Below, piece by piece: positions 1-14,300 of a stretch of 64,000 nt of DNA. The stretch comes from Lingula anatina (lineage: Eukaryota; Animalia; Brachiopoda). The stretch covers positions 14,420,644 through 14,484,643 of the forward strand of contig CM120643.1 of NCBI GenBank assembly GCA_051362555.1, given 5' to 3'. Made by a program: the position numbers and the translations under genes. Within the stretch, counting starts at the first letter, position 1. Each line of letters opens with the position of its first letter. The notes beneath the pieces are model-generated. The model was given only the letters and a program-made list of their open reading frames with translations, had not been told where the DNA came from and did not search any database.

Positions 1-3000
1 TTGCAATCTATCTGGATGCAGAAAAAAGAATTTGATGAATCAATAAAAATGGGTTCCACTTAAACCTGTTGACTGTTAAAGTTAAAAATCACTGAAGATA
101 TGTTATATTCATTATTAAGTAATAGGCGAACTCCTCGAGACTTATAAAACTTAAATTGTTTGATAGCCGAAATTCCTTAACTGAAGTCACCAGCGAGCAT
201 GTGTGTGCGCGCGAATCTTAGTGGTTTTTATCTTTTTTAAAGTTACTAGTTCTATAACTATAAAATTATAAAACTATAAGATTTGGCATATCAGTTTAGG
301 TAGGCCTATAGATTCTTTGGGAACAATGAACGAAGTTGGTTTTGATTTAAGTTTATACTTAAGTGTAGTTCTTTTTTCGATACTGTCCCAGATTCACGCT
401 GTCCCAGCTTTCATGAACGACCACATACAACAAGCAACTTACCACAGTTATAAAACACGATATAAAAATAACGGCTAAACAGACGCCGGCAGTCATCGTG
501 CGAAGAATTTTATTCACATGTCGTCTTTGTTTCTCTTTTAGTTTTGGTCGTTTGATGGTTCTTATGATGAAGTCAAAGCAACTTCTTGCGTGGTCCTGAA
601 ATGATAAAGACCATGTACCTGTCTTACAATTCAACATTTCTAAAACGACGTTCTCGACGCAAAGAGTTAAACTGTTTGACCTTTATATTTATCGCTGACA
701 AGTTAACGACTACCCTACGAGGATTCTCGCGCGTTTTCTAGGCTTGTATGGCACGTCGAAATACCGGCAGCCTCGTTTTTATGTTTACTGTATCTCAGAT
801 AATTTCAGTTAAACCTTGGCATTTCTTGGATTATCAGCTTTGGTTGTTTATCACATCTAATTAAATGATTCAACTGACAGGCAGAAGTAGCAAATCAATT
901 AGAAACTCGGTAATATAGGCGCCATATACTTACTGTTCGCTTTGTGAAAAATAGAACTACCAGAAAAAACATCGACCCGCCAGCAAACGTTATGAAAAGA
1001 GTGTTTTTCCTGCAAAGAAACAGCTAAACTTGATTTTCTTTTTTTTTCAAACACATATTTTACATTAAACTTAGATTTATTATTGAATAACAAGCCTAAA
1101 CTCAGTGAAAACTAGATAGGTCAACAAGTTATAAAAGCTCTGTGACCTTACAAATTGGTTGATTTAAGGTTTGCAATTTTTGCCAGGGATTTGCTCATTT
1201 AACCTTGTTGCTCGCAAATCTACCCTGATAGAAGAATCCAAATTGCCTTACATTTCTTTCCACTGAATTATATTTGCCCTCGAGCTAAAATTCTCTCCTT
1301 GACATTCATTGTACACCGGTCGCAAAAAAAAAAATGTTGACTACTGCGTGATTGCGAGGTACAGACCAACCAAAATCCTTCACTCACTTGGGTAAGGCAA
1401 TGAACTGAACGGCACCAATCACAATGTAGATAAGAAAAGCACAACCCACGTTGTATTTAAATAACGTGTCTCGCTGAAGGCTGTATTGCACTTCTGTTTT
1501 AGGATCTCGAAACATCAGAGCGACGGAGTTTATGTATGATTTTGCGTCCAAATCTCTAGAATGAAAAAATATAAACGTAGGAATAGGAGTATCTTTGTAG
1601 CTTTTTTCAAATTTTCATAAACTCTTCTTTATTTGAAAACTCAATTAGCTGGCCACAGTTTTTAATATTGCATGACATCTTTCTAGACAGTCCTAAAAAC
1701 ACTATCTCAGATAACTGTACCTTTTCTCCCCAGAATCCAGTGACTCTTCCAGGTGAAAGCCTCGTTTCAGACTTTCGTTGACTTCTTTTTGATCTGATGT
1801 CAGTCCTTCACAGATTGTGTACTGGGCCTAAAAGATTAGGTTCAAGAATTGTGAAACACATAATATATATAAATTCTTTATGTGTTTCACAATTTTTGAA
1901 TGTTACATATATCGTGTAATGCTCCCTGCATTGGTTTGTCACGAAAGGAAAATCTAGATGAATGATGATAATAAAATGCATTGACTCGGCAGGTTCACGA
2001 AACACTTGCACGAGCGAAAACAAATCTTACCTTAACGCTGCACTAAAACATCTGAATACAGTCCTCTAAATCATATTATCAAAATCTCACGAAAAATAAG
2101 CCGTATTCAGATAATAACATCGACAAGACTACCCACATTTTCGTGAAGCAAGCGTCGAAACAAACTAAATATGATAAAGAGAAGCGTAAACAACTCACGG
2201 GTTGTGTTTTTGCCAGCATAAAGTCGGATATGCTGTCGAAAGGTTTCTCGGCGCCCCATTCAGCAAGAACGTCAACCACCGACTGATGTCGCTCCAGCCC
2301 GGGATTCACGCTCCGGAGACGGTGGAGTGAATGGGGGGAGTGCGTGACCAAGGCGGGCGTCTAAAATGACAAATTCTATTATGGTAGAGTATTAGCTAAA
2401 TAGATTTATTTCTGTGACGAATATATATAAATATCAGCCCATCCCTGTGGACTTATAAAGTCACCAGCATTACCATTAGTTATATAATAGCTTTCTTCTA
2501 ATTTATGATATTATAATAATGTTGCACTGGTTTGTCAGCATGATGATGCTTAAAATGAGAAGATTTATTATTGATGATATCCATGTAACTGGCCATCTTT
2601 ATGGGTTTTAATAGTTCTGACGGTGGATTTACTCTACCAAGCAAACACTCCTGGTCATGGACATAAGTATATGTCGAAACAATATACAGTACCTATGGAC
2701 ATAGGTTTATCTATGCTGATAATGCAAGCTAGTTTCCAGCAGAACTAGGAACTCGGAAGTGATATAATTGAATTTGAGAGGTAAAAGCAGTAGATCTATC
2801 GCTTTTGCAAGGGTTGTCTTGTGACATACATGTACCAGTAGTTGTGATAGGCCTACATAATCTTTTGTGCTTTCTTTTGTGACCTTATATGAGAGCCATA
2901 TTTATACTACTTCTGCAGACTGTTATAGTTCATTGGTGCATTTGTAAGCTCAAACTTTTCTTCTTAAATATCTGCTTACCTCGTCTGGATATATAAAGTA

Positions 3001-4868
3001 GGTCCTCATCCTCTCAATGCCTTTGGCTGACGATGTGAAGTCCGGCCCAGGACGATATCTTATCTCACTGGGTAGAATTTCCCTCAAAGTGGTTTCCGAT
3101 ATGTGGACAGCTCTACGATATGAAATGAGGTGAGAAACAAAATAAATCACGTGCCCACGAAACAAAAAAAAAAAAGTTTGCCTATGTGTAAAGGGGAGAC
3201 TCAGTTAAATATATATGTGGATTTGTTCAAACATACCCGAGATAAATTCACATTGCTGATTATATCAAACTACTGGGAGTATCTACACCACTGCCTCGTG
3301 CATAGCAGATCATTGTGAACCCAATTAACCCCCCCCCCCCCCCCCACACACACACACAAACATCTTGTATCTGCATTTTTCTATAGCTACCATTGGTAAC
3401 CTGTTTCGACTAAACGTTTCGGAACCATTCATAAATGTCCTGCACACTTCTTAGCTTCTGGTTCCTATTATGTAATCTAACATGAGTGAGTTGATGGAAA
3501 TTTTGTTTCTTATTCATTGCAGTTATGAATCTACATCTACAGTATGTTGTTTATCGAAGCCTTTCTTTCTATGCAGCGTGTTTGTATCTCTGTTTAAAAC
3601 ACACTTCTTACTGCATCTTGAATTATTACCCTGCCTTTCCTGTCGTTTCCATCATGTTGGCAATTGTGACGTCATCAGACCATACGTCATACTGCCACTT
3701 CCGGAGTCCAAGCACTCCGCTTAGGACGGTTCCAGTGTGAATACCAATCCTCATGTCCAAGCTCATGATTCCAGTTTGTTCACGGATTTCTCTAAAATTG
3801 GACAATAAAAACATTTTGCAGGTCATCTAATGGTTTACCAATGCCATATATGCCAACAGGAATAAAAAATGTTGGTTGACTTAACAAACTAACAAAAATA
3901 ATTTTAATTGTAATCAACTAAGAATACGATAAATAATAAAACATAATCAGGATCAACACGAACCTTATAACCTCAATCATTTGTAGTCCCATAACCACGC
4001 AGTTTCTCGCGTGATTTGGGGAAGGATCTGGCATGCCCGAAACACAATAATAACAGTCGCCAAGAATCTTGATACGTAAACAATGATTGTCCTAGAAAAT
4101 CAAAGCGTCGAGTTAGTAAATATACAGTTAGTTGAGACTTTGGTGTTAAAAAATAACCAACGCCTCTAAGAAAAAACCATGGGTATATAAAAATGATATT
4201 AGTAGGATATTTGGTGTTTTACTTAAACGTATTGTACATGTATTTCTTTCGCATCAAAGAAAATTACCTATAGCATTGGTAAAACACTGGTGAAGATCTG
4301 TAGACAAACGTACTGAAACACTTTCTGGCAGCTAATATTCTTTATAGTACACTGTACGTCACTTAGGTGAACCTTTTATCGCACGTCTAAAATATCATGA
4401 TTCATACACAAATTGATGACATTTTTTAATTATCAAAATTTTTAACAAGGAACTCTCATGGGATGTATTTTTCTAGAACTGTGCATTGGGTTCTTCATAA
4501 AACCGCTTACGTCATCATTACCCGCAGTGTATACGATATAAATCTGACAGCTATAATAAAAAATAAAAAAGACAGCGACTGTCACGTATCCCTTACCTTA
4601 GCAAGCTGATCAAACCTTCCAAAGAGTTCATTCAGAGCTATCACCAGTTCGGACGGAGTTAGATTCACTGACAGGCGTGTGAAACTCACGATATCAGCAT
4701 AGAGAATGCTACAAAATAAGCAAATTAGTATACATGCAGGCTAATTGAAATAAAAGGAACCTAGACACTTTCAAGAAACAAAAATAATTAAACTAACTAC
4801 CTTTATTTAATTTTATAGAAAGAAAAAGTGCGCGAACAGTGTGGAGACAAAAAGTTATAATTAGCTTA

Positions 4869-4907
<39 letters not shown>

Positions 4908-5308
4908 ACAAACAAACAAATAAATAAATAAATAAATAAAAACAAATAAATTGCTTTGGTAAACATAAGTTATAAGTGTAACCTTCATCCCATATGTTTT
5001 ATTCATTTATCTATTTTTATCTTTTTGTTCCTTTATATCCAATATATTATCAGTACAAATGACCTGGCAGGTAGTTGACATTTTCGCGTTTTGGATTAAG
5101 GAAGTCACGCTGCTAACGACAGGATTTCCTCTTCCGCACATTTATCACCTCGTCATTAGGCGCTGGATTAAATGCAAGTTACCTAACGTTTTCGTGTTTA
5201 GAAATAAGGAAGGTATGGAACTGCTCAGTCGTCTTTCTTCGCAGCGCACTGACCATTCTTTTGACCAGAGCATCCCTTGACTCGGTCAGTTGGCTGTAGG
5301 GAGAGCTG

Positions 5309-5356
<48 letters not shown>

Positions 5357-8300
5357 AGATAAAATTAATGAATGAATTAACGAAGAAATTAGTTCCTACG
5401 TAAACTGTATATGGATAGATTAATGAAAATAGATAATAGATAAATAAAGTAGAAGTTGGAAGCAATGTGAGTAAATTCCCCTGACAGCATTATCTTTCAC
5501 ATACCTAGCAACAACCTTGATTACAACGACAACAAATATCAACATTGTTTGTACGTGCAGGTGCATAAGGGGCGCGTGTTTAATTTGTTTCCGAAGCACC
5601 ATGTTTTGCTTTAACGCAATTTGAAAATTTGATAAATAGCTGCATTCAAATGATGTATTCACAAGGATACGAAAATATCTCTGAAGATACCGCATATGAA
5701 ATCTTATCGTGCACCATGTCGTCCATAGTGATAGATCCAGGCAAGAAGTGCTGCACCAGTCAAAGGCCCTATGTACTGGTTTAATTCTTTCCATAAACCG
5801 CGGTTGGCTCACAGCACGAAACTCACGAAATTGACCGGTACAAACCCCGTATATAAAGCCAGCGTACAAGATACGTCACCAAACCACTCGGTCACAGAAG
5901 AAGACATATTAATTTTGCATTTTTGTAACTGACGGATAGGACGAAACGAGAGAGTTAAAATGTATCTTCTCAGACTTGAGATTGTTCTTACATTGTTCGT
6001 CTGCCAAGCCTGTACCAGCACATTCGCTCAGACCGGGTCGCCTGTTACACAAAAACCTGGATCAAAACCTGAGCCAAACGGCTGCACCTTTGAAGACGGC
6101 GCTTGTGTCTATAAATTCCAACTGTCACACAACCAGGGTCTTTGTGGCAACAGCGGCCAAGCCACGGCCGCCGGTTCCGAGTCCCAGGACGTCGTCTCCA
6201 AATTGGGCGACGCCTCTGCTGCGATTTTGAAGCTTCAGGCGCAGCAGGATCGCACTGAGGGGCAGGTAAGACGTCATGACCCTTTGAATGTTTCTTGTGA
6301 CACGAACGGTGTTACCAGATCTCGGTGATTTGCATTGATTTTGTTTCGATGAGATAGTAGTTGAAGCTTTAATCAATTATAAGAAAATGAATAATGAAAA
6401 CGCAAATACCTTGTAAAGGGAGGAACTTAAGATCTATCCTACTGACAGCACATGGTTTTGATAAATCACATTAACTTAATGTTCTTGTCAGGTGAAAGAA
6501 TTACATGAAATGGTGAATGGTTTAACAAGAATAATTGAAGCCGAAAGACGGAACAACACCAAACTTAACCACATAGAAACTCTGGTGACTAATCTACAAC
6601 AGACCCTTCAGTCGCAGTCGTCTCTCGTGCTGAAACTTTCTGGACAACAACAGGGTCTTTCAACCGATCTCCAACTGACAAAAGACGAAAACAAACGCCT
6701 TGCAGCCGATCTCAAGACTGCAAAACTGATGCTGAACGAAATGCGGAACAAAACAGAGACAGGTAGGTTGAGTTTAATGAGACACCTGTCGGCTTTAAGA
6801 TTTTCCCCGGTCTATCTAAGACCCCATTCCCATAAGAATTATCGGTCTACGTGTATCGACCCAACTCTCGCTGAGACTCTCGCTAAGTGCAATCAGCCTA
6901 AATGAACGACGCGCCTCCTCTTGTTTCCAACGTACTCGTATAATCATCATACTTGTATTCTTCTTAACACCAGGAGGAGGCGTGTCATTATGTTAGGCTT
7001 ATTGCAGTTGGCCATTGACCCCGTAGGGTTGGGTCGATCCAGATAGACCGATGGTGCCTATGGAAAAGGGACCGTACCGATACGCTTGGAATGGGCTTGG
7101 GGTGTAGGTTTGGCTGCCTCCAAACTTTTCTATCTCCTTCAGTTTTCCTGTGAAGAGAACATTAATACGGATAACAACGCCCATTGCAACACTGTGACGG
7201 ATAACAACGCCCATTGCAACACGCTGAAATCGCGACACTGTGTACAGATAAGGCTTCTATTTCCCGGTTAAAAATAAAAATCCTCAGGGGCGCTCCCTTT
7301 CCGGTTAAGCTCAGTTGACATGTCAAATAATTCATATCTATACGACACTGCCTGAAACGGGTGATATCCTTTTAACATGCAACTCAAACAACCACCACAA
7401 TGTGCGAAACCGAGCGTTTTCGCGAAATATAATTTGTAGATGTTTTATACATTCAGTACGTGCTGTACAATGTATTGGTTATGAATTGTATTATGGTGTG
7501 TAATAAAAATTAATTGAGAATGAAGTGAGTGAGGATTTTTGCAATAAAACAACACCATAGTGAGGAAAATATGTGATTCTTGGTTACTGTTTTTCACAGA
7601 CATAGAGAAATCGAAAGGAATTTAAGACACTGGGCTGTGATCAAGTGGCAACTTTACAACAATTCACTAATTTATTTCCAGACAAGATAGCCTTTGCCGT
7701 TGGACGGTCGAAGTCGCAAAACCTGGTGGCATCAACTACAGATATCAAAATCACGTTTGACAAGATTTTCAGTAACCACGGAAGCAACTTCGACGCTGCC
7801 AATGCCTTGTTCCGCGCGCCAGTTGCCGGTGCCTACATGTTCACCATGACAATGCTGTCCAACCATGGTTCCGCAGGCCGCGTGTATCTTATTCGCAATG
7901 GTGCATACGAAACAGAAATGTATGGGTACGATCCTGTCGATGCTGCAACCGGCACCAACCAAGTTATCCTTGATTTGAAGGCTGGAGACGAGGTTTGGCT
8001 GAAGTTAGCGAAAGGACATGCCATACACGGAAATGGAGCTAGTGTGTACTTCACTTTTACCGGTCATTTGCTTTTCACGATTTAATGGAAGGATGCAGCG
8101 TGAGATGAATTACCTAACGATCATATAGGCAGGAGATCTTACTGATTAAATTGGATGACTTGGTTAACCTAACGATTATATGGGCAGGAGATCTTACTGA
8201 TTTAATATTAGCATTAATTATTGTATTTCAATCTTGAAAAATTTTATATGCGATATGATTACATTTTCAAAATGTACCAGCGAAAAACTACACATGGGTT

Positions 8301-11300
8301 GAATACCGCCCCCTATCAATATCATGTTATTAAAGGCGGGGTCGAGTTTTGGAATGATACACTTTAACTTTTAGGTCTGGTTGAATTTTATTTAGTTATC
8401 ATTTTGGCATATCTTTACAATGACTATGGCTAATAAAAGTATTCTAACTACGGTACTTAAACTACAATAACAATTGAAATTCTTTACATACAGGGAATAA
8501 AGCTTATAATTAGAGTATAAAGAAGCAGTTTTGGAAATTGAGGCGGACAAAGTACAGAATTAAAGATTTTAATAATGAAATTCGTGCGAAGCTGTTTAAT
8601 TAAGTAGAAAATAGATGGATATATAAAGGCCGAGAGAATGCGAGTAGATTTCCCCGAAAACATTATCTTTGGCATACATGTACACATAGTGTCGTGGTAA
8701 CAACCGCAGTCACAGTGATGGCAATTAATTTATGTTAAAACGCTTTTTTTAATGGGGTTTAATTTGTGTCCCTAGTTCTATGTTATGCTAAGGTTAGAAA
8801 AAATAGATGCATTGTATGGTGTTTTCACAAACAAACGAAAATATTTATCAAGATGCCGCAAAGAAAAACACTACTAAAATTTCTCTTATCGTACACTATG
8901 TCGTAGATCCAGGGCCCTGTGCAGGAAATCCAGCACCACACAACAGTGTTTTTAGAATTCTTTTCCTTGACTGCAGTTGTCTTACTTCACAATACTTATG
9001 GCACAATACAAACACTTTGATCGCCTGCATCTCTATGTCTTTTTTCTTTTTTTTTTTTGCTCTATTTTGGATATATCTTGGTTAGCATGTCCTATTAACT
9101 CGCCACTGCCTTTATAATATAATAGCTATATAGCCATAGGCTTTGCGTGCCTTGAAGACACTCTAAAGAGCACGAACTATTAGAAGCTGACAGAAAGTAA
9201 GATGACACCAGTGAATTTTACATAACCTACAGGCCCCAAGGGAAAAAGAGTCTTCTTAATTTCCTCCTTTTGCATAATGCAATTAGAACCCTCTGGCTTC
9301 CATAAATAAACCTTATACAACATTGGTCAAAAAGGTTGTACACATTTTATACCATTTAGTCAAATTTATAACAGGTACCCCCAATGTTTCACTGTGATTT
9401 CACCTGTGACATGAATTGGAGTGTGCAATGCAGAGGAGAACCAACCCCATAAAAACGTGGACCAACTCCCCCAAGCTGTTTTGGAAGAATGGGATAATAT
9501 CCCACAAAACAGAATTTTTACCCTTGTTGAAGGCTTGTCGCGCCATCTACAGGAGATAATTGCAGTACGCGGTAGACGCACACGCTATTAGGCACGTGAC
9601 CTTTAACGAGCACATCCTCATGCTAATCATGTGTAAATTTGGTGACATTTGATGTCGTCTTTTCAATTTAATAGACATTTCTTTACATCTGTAGAAATCA
9701 CAGTGAAACATTGGATTTGAGGGGGTACCTGTTATAAATTTTACTAAATGGTATAAAATGTGCATATTCACACCACTATTTTGTATTTTTGAACCATTAA
9801 TCATGTTAGACATGGTATCTGGAATAAAAAGCACCGTTTATAACACTATACACCTGTTAGGTGATCATTTGTAAATAAAAGTATATGGAAATGGGGGTGC
9901 GACAACCTTTTTGACCAATGTTGTATATTTCAGCCAGTCATATAATTAAACAAGTAAGACATAAGGTACTGCGAATACTTTTTACAGACATTGATTTGCA
10001 ACACGTTAAAAGTTTCGCTGTAAAACTGAGAATAAAATACTGCATATGGATAAGCAAGGGGTCCATGCATGTACAATATGCATAAGAAATATAATATCAA
10101 AGAATTAAAAATGATAGTGGTCCATTTGTATATGGAGCGAGGATAAGCTCTTGCGGATAACTGGTAGGTTAAAGTAGGTTGCTAGGCTTGCTGCGCCCTG
10201 GCACAAATGCCTGTGTCACTGAACTGGCTCTCGCTATCAATTGCAGGGTTTTTTTTTTTTTCATATAAATGCATATCTACCATATAATCAATCTCTGTCA
10301 GAAGACGAGGAAGCTGCGCATACAAGAAGATTACAAAGAGGAAAGTTGATTGCTACCTTTGAGACAACGACTTCCTCCCCCAACTCCAATTCACAAAATG
10401 AGCAAATAAATCAAAATGAAATGAAATGATAATAGAAAATAGCGAAGGAATTAAACGTTGTAAGTTAAAACCTTACTCTGAATTTTGAAATCGGTGTGAT
10501 TTTGAAGCGAAAACTTAGTGCACAGAAAACGCAACATTAAAATGCATAATACATGCAAGTGGTACATGTACATGCAACCGTAATATGGACACACTATATA
10601 AAACGTACCTTAATGAATCATCGAATTCCTCTTTTTCAACGGCTTCCAGCAGTAACTTTCTGTAGAGGACTTCTTTCATGTCGTCCAACAGGTACGCTGG
10701 TATAATCTTCAGAAGCAGGCTTTCCTTTGATGATGAAGAAAAAGTTGAGAGATGTTTAGAACAATTTCTTTTCGTTATTAAAAAATTGGGACTCTCCCCA
10801 TTTTCGGCGACTCTAGTATTGGGCGAAAAGACAAATTCCTTCTTTGCTAGTGCAGTGGCCATTTGTTTTGTTACGGATGGACGGCGTGGACACGGACGGA
10901 TTCTTCAGTTACAGGATTAAAATCCAAGTACTAAGACCACATAAATGAGATCAAACTCGTGCCGACATGAAACATCCAGTAGATGTTGGATAGACCCACA
11001 ATATGTGCAATGTTAGGGCCAACGTTGCATTTTTATTTGGGGTTTATTTTGTCTGGGATGATTTATCCTTTCGAAGAGATGACACAGCAGAATGGGAATA
11101 AAACTGCTTCAAAGAGATGGTGTAACATTGCTGAATTGCACAAATTGATTCATACAATTACTGTGCTTACACCGCACTACGCGGCACGACAACAGGTGGC
11201 GTAGAATTCGTAACGAGAAAATTTTCACGTGTTCTGATGAACAACAAAAGTATTAGATATAAATTATATAAACTTCGCTCGCGGTAGTACAATTGTCTTT

Positions 11301-14300
11301 TTGTTCTTGTTTGCATGTTGTTTTGATGGATTGAATTCCTTCGTAAGACTAGTTGATTGATTAGGTTAAAAAATGCCACATTCAAGAGGGTGAGATTATT
11401 ACTTGCACACTTTAGCTGAGAAATTTTAATACAAGTACACACGCAACGCATTACGCACTGTTAAGCGGCGTTGTTAAAGGTTGTGGTTAGCTTTTGCAGG
11501 TTTGGAATTAAATGGAGAAGATCAAGGCTAGAAAAAGTAGTACAGTATTCGTCGATCTTATGACACATAGTTTAGATGTGTTTTTTCGTTCTTTCGCTTG
11601 ACACATTTTGAAAGTAAATGTGGCTTCGGCACAAATGTTAATGTAACCGACATGGTAAGTGGCAAAATTGTAATGAAACGTCAGTACAGTACTAGTATTG
11701 TTTGCCGATAAAATTTATTTGATCAAACACTCACAGAACCGATCTCCACGAAACCAAAATGCTAATAAGAATAAAATAAATTAGAAAATAAAAAAATGGG
11801 AGACCTGAGTTCAATTTAAACTGTAACCATTTCTTCTTTTAGAATTGTTCCTCCAAAACACTTAAAAGTGAGGAAAGACCTTTTACAGTTCTCTTATCCA
11901 CAAGTAAACCAATGTCGATGAATTTAAACATTGGTTGAACGAGGAATTATTACCTGCAGAATTCGTTCTTTCTGTAGACAACTGTTGGTTTGGAGCACAC
12001 TTCTAGCGTCCAGAAAGGTGTGTCTGTGGGCCAGATCTGTCAAGTGTTTGTGGTACAGGCCTGTGAGATTAGCGCCGAGGTAGATCATAAAGTTAGCCAA
12101 TATCTGTATGAAAAGTTCGAATGAAAGTTTTAATGAAGAATTACAAACAACCAGGAAAGTATATTATAGACTAAGTCGATACCTTAATCAAAATTAGAAT
12201 AGGAATATATACTGATTGATGTTCTGAAACGATAAAATTATCATGCAATTTAGAAAGAATGATGGTCCTAAATAAAGAATATATGGATTTATCTATGGAT
12301 TTACAGTGTGTCTATTTATTGATCTATTTTTGCATCAGTGCATATCCATATTATAAATTACAGGTTACATACACTGTATTACGGATGAACCCTGTAAATC
12401 TGGTATGTAGAGGAGTACACATGCATGAATGAATCTAATCACGAAAGAGAAAAAGCGAGCGAATAATTAAATACCTGTTGAAGCAAGATGTCTGTGCACC
12501 CCAAGTTGCTCAGGACCAATCTATTAAACAGCGCACCCGAGAAAATAAGGCTTGCAAGCGCTGTCAGTGATCCTAAGATAATGGACCACTTTCGGCTGAG
12601 AGGTAAAATTGTGTGCACTACGAAGATGGTGTATAGAATAGTTGGCACGTCGTCCATCGCAGTGCGGGGTGAGAACGACGGGTTTGAGGGACTGTAAAGT
12701 ATCCCACTGAATCCAAAAGCTAGGGATAACAAAGAAAACCATACTAGAAGAGTCAGTGGCTTCGAAAAGAGTAGAAATACTTTTTCGATTGAGACAAGAA
12801 TGAAGAGGATGATGGCTAGAATTCCGCCTGTGATCACAACAATGTTCAGGTTTCTACCCATGGTATTTGTGCTGTTTTGTAATCCGAGGCTACCCTGAAG
12901 AAAAATGAAATATGTGATTTGATTGCTGGAGACACTTGATTAACTCAGAAATTATGAAATATAAATATAAAACGACGTTATGATATAATTAGATGGAACA
13001 TTGTGATGCACTAAATAATAGAATGTGGTACATAATCCTCAGATACAAATTACGTTTATTACCAAATCTATACCGTGCGAAATGTGACGTCATTGGGGTA
13101 GTATGTGACATCATTGAGTCAGTTGTGACGTCACTCACAAAGGGTCTTTAAAACGGGACACGGTTTCCGAAGAGATAAAGATGATTCAGTCAACTTACAT
13201 TGTGGTGGAAATGGAAGAGCAACACTAGCACCACTGCGTAGAGGACAAGCACCGCGAGAAGCGCCCTAAAGGAGGCACGCTGAGACCGGAGCCAGTACAG
13301 CTGATACAACTCCTCGATCTCAACCTCAGCGAATTTTTTCTGAAACGAAGAAATAATAGAAAAAAATCAACGGCTAACACACTCTGTCTGTTCCAAATGA
13401 GTAGCATAAAAGCGCATAAGATCTTACCCGTTGAAAAGTTCTCTGAACAAGCAGAAGAAATTTTACGTGCGACTACCATAGGTCAGACTGATGTGTATTG
13501 TTTCTATGGCCAGATTTTCAATATTTGTATTAAGGGCATGTACTTACCCCCCCCCCCCCCGCACCCCCAGTCCAAGGAAAAAAAGGGGTGTTTCTACTCA
13601 CAAACCCACCCAACCCCCTACATTTGGCCTTCGACACAATGGTCATACCAGGAATCGTGTCTTAAAAGGGGGTTCATGCCACCTCCCCTTTTCTCCTTTT
13701 ATCCAGATGAAAATGAAATTAATACGCTAAAACCTACACGTCAACATTTCAGTATAATCAACCGTAAATAACAAAGTGCTATAAATACTACATTAATAAT
13801 TTACGCCATGACTGTGCGTGTTGCATTTCGTTTTGTGAGAATTGGCATTTGAGTAATTGTCATCCCTTCTCGACATGCGTAATGAAATAGCCTGCTATTT
13901 ATGGATAAAACAACCCACGTAAGGCAGTTGGCTCTCACATATATTTATCCCCTGAAATTAAAGACGAATCTCATACAGGAAGTAATTAGAACCAATCTGC
14001 AATGTTCAAACGCAACATTTTGAATTCATCAGTTTAGCTGATATTGGCATTTGACGGTTGTTCGCCAGTGTATTCGACTGCAATTCAGACAACTCCTTCA
14101 AAAATGTTTGCTATGCACTTGGCGTCTGATATAACTGCAGTTATAAGGCATTTGAGAGCTAGAAATTGTTAATTCTACTGGATGCGTTAATGAATATGTC
14201 ACTGGGCATGTTGCACCATTTGGAGACAGACTAACATCTTATTCTTATAACGCTCAGCTGATAATACGGAGTTCATTGTAAATTACGCAAAATCTTGTAC

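Noticed and set aside
5420-5869. 149-aa minus-strand ORF
   Set aside because: No recognisable motif, it overlaps the C1q promoter, and the cyclase splices in frame without it.
7167-7222. 26-bp repeats that superficially resemble a CRISPR array
   Set aside because: Only two copies with a 4-nt gap in a eukaryotic intron, so a simple tandem duplication.
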